Assembly: GCA_051252135.1 (NCBI GenBank)
Contig: JBPOGH010000003.1
Span: forward strand, 224,001 to 288,000
Direction of reading: 5' to 3'
Source: Verrucomicrobiaceae bacterium
GTDB taxonomy: Bacteria; Verrucomicrobiota; Verrucomicrobiia; Verrucomicrobiales; Akkermansiaceae
Length of the DNA stretch: 64,000 bases
Made by a program: the position numbers and the translations under genes
Shown: positions 29,197 through 39,374 of the stretch, piece after piece
Position numbering within the stretch: position 1 is the first letter of the stretch
Layout: each line of letters opens with the position of its first letter
Notes under the pieces: generated by a model
Seen by the model: only the letters and a program-made list of their open reading frames with translations
The model's database searches: none
What the model was told of the DNA's origin: nothing

Positions 29197-31569
29197 ATGA
29201 AACGGAACCACTCCCATCCTGTCCTTATGACCAGTGCCTTTTTGGCAGCTTTGGCCACCTCGGCCTCCGCGCAGCTCACCTGGACTCCCGATACCAATAC
29301 ATTTTGGGACCTCACAACTGCCAATTGGACCGATAGCTCCTCCCCTCCCCCGGTTCGCTGGGACAACACGGGAGCGCAGGAGGCGATTTTTGCCGATCCT
29401 CTGGGAAGCTCTGTTCAGGTGGCCGACGGCGGGGTTGTCGTGGGAAATTTGACCACCTCGGGAGTTTTGAGCCTGCAATCCGTGAACGATAATCTGGGGC
29501 GGATCACGATCAAAAGCGGAGGAGCGATCTGGAATACCGGAGGTTTCGAGATTGGGTTCCTGAACGATCTCGTCAACGACACTCCGCTATCGATTTTATC
29601 GGGGGATACGCTGGCCATCGCAGGTGGCGGCACCTTCGACACCGGGGAGAAGCCGGGCACTGACAATGTTGCCAATTGGGTCGCGGCAGGGGCCACCCTT
29701 GATCTCACGGAATCCACGGTGGTGCGGGGCAACGCCCGGAGCATTGGCCAATTTGGCACGGTGAATCTTGTTGATGGCAGCACTTACATCCACGAGCGCA
29801 ATTCGGACGAAAGTTATGCCAACGACTGGACACTCGGCGCCGGGACGGTGGTGTTTGGCAACCGTTTCAATCGTAATTTCAATCTGAACGGCGTGGTGAG
29901 CGGCGAGGGGACGCTTCATGTTCTTAATCTGGGAAGCCGGCGCCTCCGGCTGAACAATGTCGCCAACAGCTTTTCCGGCGGCTTGATTATCGATAGTTCA
30001 GGCAATCGCACCGAGCTTTTCGTGCAAGGCCCGGGTCTCCCGTCCAGTGGCGACGGAGCGCTGGGAGCTGTTCCCGCGACTTTTGACCCCGACAACATCA
30101 TCCTCCGTGAAGGTGGTGAGATTAAGTTCCTGGGTATGGTCGACATCGACTCCAACCGTGGAATCACCCTTGATGGAGGAATCGCTGAAAATAAATCCGG
30201 GGTCATTGCCATTTCCGGGAGCCCCGTGACCTACGGTGGAACGATCACCGGCACCGGTGGACTTCAGGTGGGGTCGACAGTGGGGAATGATGCCAATGGC
30301 ATTCTGCTGACAAGTGATACCCACGACTACACCGGCGGCACCACGATTCACCAAGGACGTCTCATTCTTGGGATCGATGAAGCCTTGCCTTCCGATACGA
30401 CCCTCACCATCGGAGGCAAGAACAGCTCTCTCTTCGTCCTCAATGGCTTCACGCAGACTCTCTCCGGTCTGACCACTGCAGGGAACAACACCCGCCAAAT
30501 CATCAACTTTGATGCCGCCACATCTCCCTCGGTTCCGGCCACCGCCGGGACGGTGATCTTGGACATCACAGACCTGGTCGAGGCCGATCAGGAGTTTGTC
30601 TTTGGCTCCGCCTTCGGGGTCAACGAGAACACCGATGCGGGCAACCTCAATATCATTAAAAATGGTGCCGGGGCCATCCGGCTGGACAATGTGAGAGTTG
30701 CAGGCACCGTCGATATCAACACGGGCGGTCTTCAGCTCGGAAACTCGGTGGGCAGCTGCGCCGTGGGAGAGCTCACGAACAATGCTTCCCTCGTCATTGA
30801 TGAAGCGATCACCGCCTCCTCCTACGCTGCTGGAGCGAGCAGCGAGACGACCTTTAACTGGGAAGTCTCGGACTGGACCGGTGCGGCCGGAACAGGCTTC
30901 ACGCAACTCACAGTGACGGGAGATGTGACCCTTGATCCCACCAGCACCCTCAACATCGTGGTGGAAGAAGCAGACCTGGTAAATTTCACTGACGAGGCTG
31001 CCAGCTTCCAGATTACCGTCATCGGAGGAACAACGACCCTCACGCCGAACTTCACTCTCGATACCTCTGGCTTCACATCTGGAAGCGGAACTTGGGCTCT
31101 CCGCCCGGATGGAGAGAATCTCTTCCTCGATTACACTGCAGGTGCCGCCGGTTCCTACACCGATTGGGCCGATGGATTTACGGGTCTTACCGGTGGCTTC
31201 GGAGACGATGATGACAGCGATGGGGTGACCAATGGTTTTGAGTATTTCTTTTTCAATAGTGATCCGACCGTGGCCAGCAATTTGGGAGCAGCCTTGTCTG
31301 CAAATGGCACTTCGGGTTCCGGAGACTTCGTCTTTTCCCACGATCGTCCGCTGGATCTCTCCGACGTGACGGTGACTTACGAGTGGTCGACGGCCCTTGA
31401 TGGTGACTGGACCGCGAGCGGCGTGGAGAATGGCGGGACGACGGTCACCATCACTCCCAGTGCGATTGCTCCAGCCGCAACCGGCTATGAGACCGTGACA
31501 CTGACGGCCTCCAGCGCACCTGCGACCTTGGAGAAGGTCTTTGTGCGGGTGGTGGTGAGCATGCCTTAG
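29197..31569 (+). CDS. Secreted beta-strand-repeat protein (autotransporter-associated repeats, no beta-barrel) with C-terminal module
   Basis: Signal peptide; NSFSGG, YTGGTTIHQGRL, KNGAG repeats; DDDSDGVTNGFEY; ends KVFVRVVVSMP. Confidence 0.78.
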   Translation: MKRNHSHPVLMTSAFLAALATSASAQLTWTPDTNTFWDLTTANWTDSSSPPPVRWDNTGAQEAIFADPLGSSVQVADGGVVVGNLTTSGVLSLQSVNDNLGRITIKSGGAIWNTGGFEIGFLNDLVNDTPLSILSGDTLAIAGGGTFDTGEKPGTDNVANWVAAGATLDLTESTVVRGNARSIGQFGTVNLVDGSTYIHERNSDESYANDWTLGAGTVVFGNRFNRNFNLNGVVSGEGTLHVLNLGSRRLRLNNVANSFSGGLIIDSSGNRTELFVQGPGLPSSGDGALGAVPATFDPDNIILREGGEIKFLGMVDIDSNRGITLDGGIAENKSGVIAISGSPVTYGGTITGTGGLQVGSTVGNDANGILLTSDTHDYTGGTTIHQGRLILGIDEALPSDTTLTIGGKNSSLFVLNGFTQTLSGLTTAGNNTRQIINFDAATSPSVPATAGTVILDITDLVEADQEFVFGSAFGVNENTDAGNLNIIKNGAGAIRLDNVRVAGTVDINTGGLQLGNSVGSCAVGELTNNASLVIDEAITASSYAAGASSETTFNWEVSDWTGAAGTGFTQLTVTGDVTLDPTSTLNIVVEEADLVNFTDEAASFQITVIGGTTTLTPNFTLDTSGFTSGSGTWALRPDGENLFLDYTAGAAGSYTDWADGFTGLTGGFGDDDDSDGVTNGFEYFFFNSDPTVASNLGAALSANGTSGSGDFVFSHDRPLDLSDVTVTYEWSTALDGDWTASGVENGGTTVTITPSAIAPAATGYETVTLTASSAPATLEKVFVRVVVSMP

Positions 31570-31585
31570 TGAATCACCTTTTGAG

Positions 31586-31622
31586 AAAGCCTCGGGAGCG
31601 ATGTGCTTCCGGGGCTTTTTTT
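31586..31622 (+). terminator. Rho-independent terminator
   Basis: AAAGCCTCGGGAGC-GATGT-GCTTCCGGGGCTTTTTTT. Confidence 0.8.
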
Positions 31623-31732
31623 AGGGTTCGAGGATGGGAACCCCGGGTTGAGGATCGGGATTCTTCCGGAGCTGCTTTGCGCGGTGAAGAGATGGACGTT
31701 GTGCAGCGCCCGTTGATTGGTGAGTGTAGGCC

Positions 31733-33145
31733 GTGCACGTATCGTTTGAAGATCTTCAGTTGTCGCCTGCATTGATTGGGGTGGTTCGTGATCTTGGTTA
31801 CGTCGAGCCGACTCCGATTCAGGTGGAGGCGATTCCGGCGCTGTTGGCAGGGCGGGATGTGATTGGGCAGTCGCGGACAGGGAGTGGGAAGACGGCGGCT
31901 TTTGCGCTGCCGATCTTGCAGGGGATTGAGGTGGGGCGACGGGAGTTGCAGGCGTTGGTGCTTTGTCCGACTCGGGAGCTCACGGCGCAGGTGGGGCGGG
32001 AGATGCGGAGGCTGGGGCGGGACTGCCATGGACTTCAGGTTTTGGAGCTGGTGGGTGGACAGCCATCGCGGGCGCAACGGGACGGGCTTGAGCGGGGGGC
32101 GCAGGTGGCGGTTGGGACGCCGGGGCGGGTGCTTGATTTGTTGGAACGGGGATTCGTGAAGCCGGAGTTGATCAAGGTGCTGGTGCTGGATGAGGCGGAC
32201 CGGATGTTGGATATGGGGTTTGGCGATGAGGTGGATGAAATCATCAGTCATTTGCCGAAGGAGAGGCAGACGGCGCTTTTTTCGGCGACTTTTCCGCAGG
32301 CGATCGAGGCGATGAGCCGGGAAGTTCAGCGGGATGCGCTGCGGATCACGGTTGGTTTGGTGGACGAGGACGAAGTGAGTATTCGGCAGGGGAAGATTTG
32401 TTATGGGGAGGCGGATAAGCTTTTGGCTCTTTGTTGGGCGCTGGGATCGCAGCCGATTGGATCGGCGCTCGTTTTTTGCAATCAGAAGGTGACGGTGCGC
32501 GAGGTGTTGGAGCGGTTGAGGCGCGGAGGGGTGAGTGTGGATCGTTTTGATGGAGACCTGGAGCAGTTTGATCGTGATCAGGTGCTGGCCCGATTTCGGA
32601 ACGGGAGTGTGCGGGTGTTGGTAGCGACGGATGTCGCGGGGCGCGGGCTGGATGTGGAGGGGTTGGATCTGGTAATTAATTATGATCTGCCGGAGCAGGC
32701 CGAAATTTATGTGCACCGGATCGGGCGGACGGGACGGGCAGGCGCGAACGGGGTGGCGATCTCGCTGGTGGAGGATGAGCGGGACTGGCGGCTCGAAGAG
32801 ATCGAGGACTTCACGGGGCAGAAGATCGAAGATTGGGATCGTTCTGCGAGTGAGGGCTTGGGGCTTGAGGAGCTACTGAAGCAACTGGCTGAGGGGCCTA
32901 AGATGGAGACGATTTTGATTTCCGGAGGGCGGAAGGATAAGGTGCGGAAGGGTGATATCCTGGGGGCGTTGACGGGCGATGCCGGAGGGTTGGGCGGGAA
33001 GGAGATTGGGAAGATCGAGGTGCAGGATAAGTTATCTTATGTGGCGGTCCCGCGGGGAGTGATTGAGGACGCGGTGGCTTGCCTCAATAAGGGGAGGATC
33101 AAGGGGAAGAGATTTCGGACGACCTGGGTTGGAGGCGCGAAGTGA
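31733..33145 (+). CDS. dbpA: ATP-dependent DEAD-box RNA helicase DbpA
   Basis: GSGKT, PTREL, DEAD, SAT, HRIGRTGR; C-terminal DbpA RNA-binding domain GGRKDKVRKGDILGALTG. Confidence 0.88.
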   Translation: MHVSFEDLQLSPALIGVVRDLGYVEPTPIQVEAIPALLAGRDVIGQSRTGSGKTAAFALPILQGIEVGRRELQALVLCPTRELTAQVGREMRRLGRDCHGLQVLELVGGQPSRAQRDGLERGAQVAVGTPGRVLDLLERGFVKPELIKVLVLDEADRMLDMGFGDEVDEIISHLPKERQTALFSATFPQAIEAMSREVQRDALRITVGLVDEDEVSIRQGKICYGEADKLLALCWALGSQPIGSALVFCNQKVTVREVLERLRRGGVSVDRFDGDLEQFDRDQVLARFRNGSVRVLVATDVAGRGLDVEGLDLVINYDLPEQAEIYVHRIGRTGRAGANGVAISLVEDERDWRLEEIEDFTGQKIEDWDRSASEGLGLEELLKQLAEGPKMETILISGGRKDKVRKGDILGALTGDAGGLGGKEIGKIEVQDKLSYVAVPRGVIEDAVACLNKGRIKGKRFRTTWVGGAK

Positions 33146-33205
33146 CCCGGGGGAGGCCTCGTTTCACGGACACTATACGGGGCCAAGGGACGCCCACTCT
33201 TCAGA

Positions 33206-34822
33206 TTAAGCGCTGTTGCGGAAAGTGAGGTGTTCGTTGCGTTCGTGGAGATTGCCGATGAGGTAGGAAGCGGTGAGGAGGACAACCCATTGGCCGTCCT
33301 GATCGCGGGCGATGACGCAGCCGGAGGGAAGGGCGACTTTGGGCGGCTCGCGATCGCTTCGTGATTTGTCGGGCTCGTTTTCCTCGAACCATTGGACGCA
33401 GTTCCAGCGGGGGTGTTCGAGGCGGGTTTCGACCTGATACTCGGAGATGAGGCGGGCCTGGAGGACTTCGAATTGGAGGGGCCCAACGGCTCCAAGGAGA
33501 GGGACGGTCTGGGCGCTCTGGTGGACGTGGTAAGCTTGGGCGACGCCTTCTTTCATGAGCTGCTCCATGCCGGAGCGGTAGCGTTTGATGTTCGCGGTGT
33601 CTTTGTTGAGGATGTAGGTGAAGCACTCGGGGGTGAATCTCGGCATCTCGTTGTAGACAACCTTGGGATCGCTGGTGAGGGTGTCGCCAATGAGGAAATT
33701 GTAGTTTCCGACGAGGGCGAGGATATCGCCGGCGTAGGCGGTATCGAGGGTCTCGCGATCCTGGCCGAAGAGCTTTTGGGCGTTGGCGAGTCTCACCTTT
33801 TTTCCGGACCGTTGGTCGATGACTTGCATGTCGCGCTCGAAGACGCCGGAGACGATGCGGATGAAGACGGCGCGGTCCCGGTGGCGCGGGTTCATGTTGG
33901 CCTGAATCTTAAAGACGAAGCCGGAGAAGTTGTCGGTGGTGGGTTCGATGAACTCGTCCTTGCTGACGCGGCCAGTGGGAGCGGGAGCCATTTCGAGGAA
34001 GCTTTCGAGCATGTTCTGGACGCCGAAGTTGTTCATGGCGCTGCCGAAGTAGACGGGCATTTGCTGGCCGGCGAGGACGCGCTCGAGGTCGAGGGGCTCG
34101 GTGAGGCCGTCGAGGAGTTCGACTTCCGAGGTGACGGTTTCATAGAGTTCGTCGCTGAGGGCTTCGCGCATTTTAGGGTCCTCGATGCCGGCGACTTCGA
34201 GGGGGGCTTTGAAGGCGCCGTGGGCGGTTTTTTCGAAGAGGTGGACTTCGTCTTTTTTACGATCGTAAACGCCGCGGAAGCGGGGGCCGTCGCCGAGGGG
34301 CCAGTTGACGGGAGCCGGAGATAGTTTGAGGACTTTTTCGAGCTCGTCGATGAGCTCAAGGGGTGGACGCGAAGGGCGGTCCATCTTGTTGACGAAGACG
34401 AAGATGGGAACGCCTCGCTTGCGGCAGACCTCGAAGAGTTTGAGGGTCTGGGCTTCGATTCCCTTACCGGCATCGATAACCATGACGGCGGCATCAACGG
34501 CGGAGAGGACGCGGTAGGTGTCCTCGGAAAAATCGTGGTGCCCGGGGGTGTCGAGAAGGTTGACGCAGCAGCCGTTGTATTCGAACTGGAGGACGGTGGA
34601 GGAGACGGAGATGCCCCGCTCTTTTTCCATGGCCATCCAGTCGCTGGAGGTGGACTGCTGTTCTTTCTTGGAAGTGACGCTGCCGGCGAGGCCGATGGCA
34701 CCTCCATAAAGGAGGAGTTTCTCGGTGAGAGTGGTCTTTCCGGCATCCGGATGGGAGATGATGGCGAAGGTGCGGCGGCGTGAGATTTCACGGGCGGCGG
34801 CGGTGGGAACTGAGGTGCTCAA
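33206..34822 (-). CDS. prfC: Peptide chain release factor 3
   Basis: RRRTFAIISHPDAGKTTLTEK, DTPGH, NKMD, FKIQANMNPRHRDR, GAVGPLQFEV. Confidence 0.96.
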   Translation of the reverse strand: MSTSVPTAAAREISRRRTFAIISHPDAGKTTLTEKLLLYGGAIGLAGSVTSKKEQQSTSSDWMAMEKERGISVSSTVLQFEYNGCCVNLLDTPGHHDFSEDTYRVLSAVDAAVMVIDAGKGIEAQTLKLFEVCRKRGVPIFVFVNKMDRPSRPPLELIDELEKVLKLSPAPVNWPLGDGPRFRGVYDRKKDEVHLFEKTAHGAFKAPLEVAGIEDPKMREALSDELYETVTSEVELLDGLTEPLDLERVLAGQQMPVYFGSAMNNFGVQNMLESFLEMAPAPTGRVSKDEFIEPTTDNFSGFVFKIQANMNPRHRDRAVFIRIVSGVFERDMQVIDQRSGKKVRLANAQKLFGQDRETLDTAYAGDILALVGNYNFLIGDTLTSDPKVVYNEMPRFTPECFTYILNKDTANIKRYRSGMEQLMKEGVAQAYHVHQSAQTVPLLGAVGPLQFEVLQARLISEYQVETRLEHPRWNCVQWFEENEPDKSRSDREPPKVALPSGCVIARDQDGQWVVLLTASYLIGNLHERNEHLTFRNSA

Positions 34823-35049
34823 GGGTGGAAGGCTGGTGGGACCGGGAGGTGGTAGCTTGAAGGAGGGGATTTAACAACCTTGGGGGTGGATTGGTTGAGA
34901 GAGGGCTCACGCGGGACAGCAACCGGAGCATAGCGGAACCGGAACAAAGTGGAGATCGCCGTAGGCAAATAGCCGCAGGCAAAGCAGCAGGGGCCCGATT
35001 GGAGGGATCAATCGAAATGACCGCCAAAACAATCTTGGTATGATGAGAA

Positions 35050-37035
35050 GTGAGATTACCATCACGGTTGATGATTTTTCACCCGAAGACCTCTGGCAGC
35101 CCCATTTGTAAATGGGCCATCGTCAGCCTGTTGAGCGCGTTGATGTTGACCGCCCATGGACAGTCTCTTGGCCTTGAAATCCAGAAGTCGGCGGGCGGCG
35201 CTCTTGAGCTCAAGCTTAACGGCGAGGTCTCGCGGGATCACGAACTTGAGTTTTCACAAGATGCCCTCGAATGGGAACCTTTGATGTCTTTGAAGCTCCC
35301 TTCGGATTCTCTGGTGTGGGCGGACCCGCTCGCTTCATTTCGTCCGCGCGGATTCTATCGATTTACAGAATGGGCGGGCAATGCGCCGCAGAATTTTGCC
35401 GACAATTTTCGACTCAACGATCATCAGGGACGTTCGCGGGAGCTGTTTTACAACACCCATCTGGATGCTGTCGTTTTGATCTTCATCGATCCGAGCGGCG
35501 ACGATTCGTTGGCCGCCACTCTGGCAGACTTGGAAAACACCTTTGGTTCCCAGGAAGTGGAATTTTGGTTGATCGATCCTGTTTCTGCAGAGCGCTCCGA
35601 GCTTGTAGCCAATGCGAGCGATTGGGAAGTTGATATGCCGATTCTTCATGACCGTGCCCAACTCGTTTCGCGCGCCTACAAGGTGCACCGTGGCACCGAA
35701 GCGGTTGCGATAGACCCCACGACGCGACGCATTTTTTATCGCGGAACGATTGACCGACCGGCCGAAGGAGATTCGCCTGCGCAATCTTATCTGGAGGATG
35801 CCCTCACGGGATTTCTCGCCGCGCAGCCTGCGATCTACTCGCGCACTCCCGCCACTGATTACGTCATTCCATTGGCCCCGGTCGTACCGGTCTCTTACGA
35901 GGAAACCATTGCTCCGATGCTGATTGAAAAATGTGTGAATTGCCACAGCCCCGGGAACATCGCGCCGTTTACGATGAGTGATTACCAAACGATTGTCACC
36001 TGGGCCCACGCCATTCGCCACGCGGTTCACACGGGTGAGATGCCCCCGTGGTTCGCCGATCCCGAACACGGGGCTTTCGAAAATGACTGGTCACTGTCGG
36101 ATGAATCGGCCCGAGCTCTGATCGACTGGATTGATCAAGGGACTCCCCGGGGAGTGGGTGCGGATCCCCTCGCTGAATTTTTCGCAAATACCCCTCCGCC
36201 ATCTGATTACCCCGTGAACTGGCCTTCCGAACTTGGCCCTCCTGATCTCATTGTCAGCATTCCGAATCAAAATATCCCTGCCAATGGTGAGATCGACTAT
36301 CGCTACATTGAGGTGAAGCCAAACATCCCTGCTGACACTTACCTTCGCGCGGCGATTCTCAAACCCGGTAACCGAGCTGTGGTCCATCATGGTTTGGTGT
36401 TCCTCGGAACCACCTTCGAAGCGTTCATTCAAGGTGCTGGCTTGAACGGATACTTCGCTGGCTACGTGCCGGGTGTTCGCTCTACTGCCTTTCCGCCTGA
36501 CACGGGTAAGTTCATTCCTGCGAACCCGACGCTGACGATTCAGATGCATTATCAAGCCAATGGAAGCCCGCAGACAGACCAGACCCAATTGGGTCTCTAC
36601 TTTCATACCACACCACCGGCGACGGAGTATCGCACCACTGCGGCTAGCACGACCTCGATTAATATTCCCGCCACAGCGCGTGAATACACGCGGGAGGCGA
36701 CCGTCGTTCTTTCGGACACCGAGGAAACCATTCTCTACGAGTTGAGTCCCCACATGCACTATCGCGGTACGCGCATGGAGTATGATGCGATTTATCCTGG
36801 CGGGGACACCGAGAAACTTCTCTCGGTGCCGAACTACATCTTTGATTGGCAGCTGCTCTATCGCTTGGCCGAACCCAAGGTGTTGCCGGCAGGGACCGTC
36901 ATTCGAGTGCGCGGCGCTTTCGACAATTCGGCACAGAATCCCTATAATCCCAACCCGGCTGTCTCGGTGGGATTTGGGGAGCAGAGCGACGAGGAAATGT
37001 TCATTGGCTACATCAATTTTGGGGTGCGCCGATGA
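35050..37035 (+). CDS. Redoxin-like + cytochrome c + copper type II ascorbate-dependent monooxygenase-like protein
   Basis: Redoxin-like NFRLND..YRGTID; CVNCH..MPPW; VHH, MHY, PHMH, EEM ligands; start codon uncertain. Confidence 0.8.
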   Translation: MRLPSRLMIFHPKTSGSPICKWAIVSLLSALMLTAHGQSLGLEIQKSAGGALELKLNGEVSRDHELEFSQDALEWEPLMSLKLPSDSLVWADPLASFRPRGFYRFTEWAGNAPQNFADNFRLNDHQGRSRELFYNTHLDAVVLIFIDPSGDDSLAATLADLENTFGSQEVEFWLIDPVSAERSELVANASDWEVDMPILHDRAQLVSRAYKVHRGTEAVAIDPTTRRIFYRGTIDRPAEGDSPAQSYLEDALTGFLAAQPAIYSRTPATDYVIPLAPVVPVSYEETIAPMLIEKCVNCHSPGNIAPFTMSDYQTIVTWAHAIRHAVHTGEMPPWFADPEHGAFENDWSLSDESARALIDWIDQGTPRGVGADPLAEFFANTPPPSDYPVNWPSELGPPDLIVSIPNQNIPANGEIDYRYIEVKPNIPADTYLRAAILKPGNRAVVHHGLVFLGTTFEAFIQGAGLNGYFAGYVPGVRSTAFPPDTGKFIPANPTLTIQMHYQANGSPQTDQTQLGLYFHTTPPATEYRTTAASTTSINIPATAREYTREATVVLSDTEETILYELSPHMHYRGTRMEYDAIYPGGDTEKLLSVPNYIFDWQLLYRLAEPKVLPAGTVIRVRGAFDNSAQNPYNPNPAVSVGFGEQSDEEMFIGYINFGVRR

Positions 37036-37161
37036 GCAATGGGAGCAGACCTTGATTGACCGTCGGTCACAGGTGTTGCCGTTGGCTATCTCAGCTTGGT
37101 TGGGGGGAAGCACCCGAGGGCATTTCACGGACGGGGACGTTCCCTCTCATTATTGGGAGCG

Positions 37162-39321
37162 CTACTTGAGTTGGATGGTGAGAGATTTTAGGGGGGCGGT
37201 GAGGTTGAAGTCTTTTTCGTAGTCGCCGACGAGGCCGCCGGTGTCTTGGGCGAGTTCCAGGGTGTCGAGGGGGTGGGCGGTGAGGAGGGCGTCGCCGACG
37301 GTCATGTTGCTTTTGCGGCCTTCGGGGGTGGTGTAGCCGACGATGAGGCCTTTTTCGGAGGCGTAGGCGAAGAGGGGGCCGGTGGCTTTTGGGGGGAGGG
37401 GGATGTTGACGTTGGTACCTTTTCCACCTTGGCGGGTGGTGAAGTGGAGGTGGGCGTCTTTGATGAAGAGGGTCCAGCCGTGGTTGGTTCCGCCTTGGGC
37501 GGCGATGACTCCTTGGGTGCTTTTGGTGGGTGGCTTTTCGAGCTGGGCGGTGATGGTGAAGGCACGGTTGGCGATGGCGGGGGAGGTTTCGGAGGTGAAG
37601 GTGTCGCCGGGTTTGAGGTTGAAGATTTTTTTTGCGGAGGTTTTGTCTCGTTTGATTTTTTTCCAACTACCGAAGGGGACGACGCCTCGTTCTTTGGCCC
37701 ATGTTTCGTATTGGGCGGACATGGTTTTGACGCGGTCGGGGTGGGTGGTGGCGAGGTTGTTCATCTCGGTGCGATCGGCGGGGATGTTGTAGAGTTCCCA
37801 GTGACCTTTGACGCCTTTGGCGACGAGTTTCCAGTCGCCATCACGGACGGCGCGGTTGCCTTCGTGCTCCCAGTAGATGGGTTTGCCGCGCTTGATTTTT
37901 TCGCCTTTGAAGATGGGGGCGAGGGAGGTGCCTTCGACGGGGATTTTATCGTCGGGATACGATGCTTTGCCGAGGTCGAGGCAGGTGGCCATGAGGTCGA
38001 TGAGGTGGGTGGGCCCTTTGGCCCAGGTGTTTTTTGCGGCGATGCCTTTTGGCCAATGGGCGATGAGGGGGGTGGAGATTCCGCCTTCGTGGACCCAGTG
38101 TTTGTATTCGCGGAAGGGGGTGTTTGAGACGTTGGCCCAGTTTTCGCCGTAGCCGATTTCGGTTTCAGGTGGTCCGGGCATGACGCCCTTTCCGCGGCGG
38201 AGGGGGTAGCCGTCGCGGGATTGGGTGGGGACCATTTCGGTTTGGAGTTCGTCCTTACCCATGGGCTTGAGGGTGGGAGCGGCGGGACGCTCGAGGGGGC
38301 CGACAAGTTGGCCGCGGCCGAAGTTTTCGGCGCAGCCGCCGTTATCCTGGAAGAAGAGGATGAGGGTGTTGTCGAGTTGGCCGGTTTCACGGAGGGACTG
38401 GATGATGCGGCCGATGCCTTGGTCCATGTTATCGACCATGGCGGCGTAGACTTCCATGCAGGCGGATTCCCATTTCTTGAGTTCGACTTTGGACCAGTCA
38501 CCGATGGGGCCGGGGATTTGCCAAGCGGGGTCGATGAGTCCGAGGGACTTCATTTTTTTAAGGCGGGCTTCGTAGATGGGGGCGTAGCCTTGGTCGTATT
38601 TGCCTTCATACTTTGCGATGTCCTCTGGGAGGGCGTGCATGGGCCAGTGGGCGGCGGTGTAGGAGACGTAGTGGAAGAAGGGTTTGTCGCGGTGGTGCTG
38701 GTGGTGATCGTGGATGTATTTGACGGTGTTGTCCGAGATGGCGTCGGTGTAATACCAGGTGCCTTCGGGTTGGTATTCGGGGTCGTTCTCCGGGGTGATC
38801 TGGGTGTTGCCGCGGGTGAGAGAGTTGGGATCGAAGAGGGAGCCGGCCCCGTGAATGGTGCCGAAGAATTTATCGAAACCGCGCTGGCGGGGCCAGTTGT
38901 CTTGGGGATCGTCGTGTTTGACCTTGGGGGTGACGTGCCATTTTCCTGACATGTAGGTGCGGTAGCCGGCGGGGCGGAGGGCTTCGGCGATGGTGAGGCA
39001 TTCTTTGTTGAGGTAGCCTTGATATTGGGGGATGCCGTAGTCGCTGGTCATGTGGCCGATGCCGGCTTGGTGGGCGTAGAGGCCGGTGAGGAGGGAGGCG
39101 CGGGTGGGACAGCAGCGGGCGGTGTTGTAGAACTGGGTGAAGCGGAGGCCGTTGGCGGCGAGGGCGTCGAGGTTGGGGGTTTCGATTTCGGAGCCGTAGC
39201 AGCCGATATCGGAGTAGCCCATGTCATCGGACATGATGAGGATGATATTGGGCCGGGGCTCTTCCGCAATAGCAGCGCAGAAGAAGCTTAGAAAAGTCAG
39301 GAGAATGAGAACTCTGCGCAT
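37162..39321 (-). CDS. Arylsulfatase with C-terminal LamG-like extension
   Basis: PNIILIMSDDMG, CCPTRASLLTG, GKWH, DNG, WEHEGNRAVR. Confidence 0.93.
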   Translation of the reverse strand: MRRVLILLTFLSFFCAAIAEEPRPNIILIMSDDMGYSDIGCYGSEIETPNLDALAANGLRFTQFYNTARCCPTRASLLTGLYAHQAGIGHMTSDYGIPQYQGYLNKECLTIAEALRPAGYRTYMSGKWHVTPKVKHDDPQDNWPRQRGFDKFFGTIHGAGSLFDPNSLTRGNTQITPENDPEYQPEGTWYYTDAISDNTVKYIHDHHQHHRDKPFFHYVSYTAAHWPMHALPEDIAKYEGKYDQGYAPIYEARLKKMKSLGLIDPAWQIPGPIGDWSKVELKKWESACMEVYAAMVDNMDQGIGRIIQSLRETGQLDNTLILFFQDNGGCAENFGRGQLVGPLERPAAPTLKPMGKDELQTEMVPTQSRDGYPLRRGKGVMPGPPETEIGYGENWANVSNTPFREYKHWVHEGGISTPLIAHWPKGIAAKNTWAKGPTHLIDLMATCLDLGKASYPDDKIPVEGTSLAPIFKGEKIKRGKPIYWEHEGNRAVRDGDWKLVAKGVKGHWELYNIPADRTEMNNLATTHPDRVKTMSAQYETWAKERGVVPFGSWKKIKRDKTSAKKIFNLKPGDTFTSETSPAIANRAFTITAQLEKPPTKSTQGVIAAQGGTNHGWTLFIKDAHLHFTTRQGGKGTNVNIPLPPKATGPLFAYASEKGLIVGYTTPEGRKSNMTVGDALLTAHPLDTLELAQDTGGLVGDYEKDFNLTAPLKSLTIQLK

Positions 39322-39374
39322 CTCTCAGGATTACGAATCAAGAATCCGGAGTCGATCATGGAAAACCCTCAATC

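Noticed and set aside
29197..31569. Classical autotransporter
   Set aside because: It has passenger-type repeats but no C-terminal beta-barrel.
34823..35049. Possible ncRNA or riboswitch in the prfC-monooxygenase spacer (also 15643-15902 and 28975-29196)
   Set aside because: No recognisable conserved motif or convincing fold by eye; an Rfam/Infernal scan is needed.
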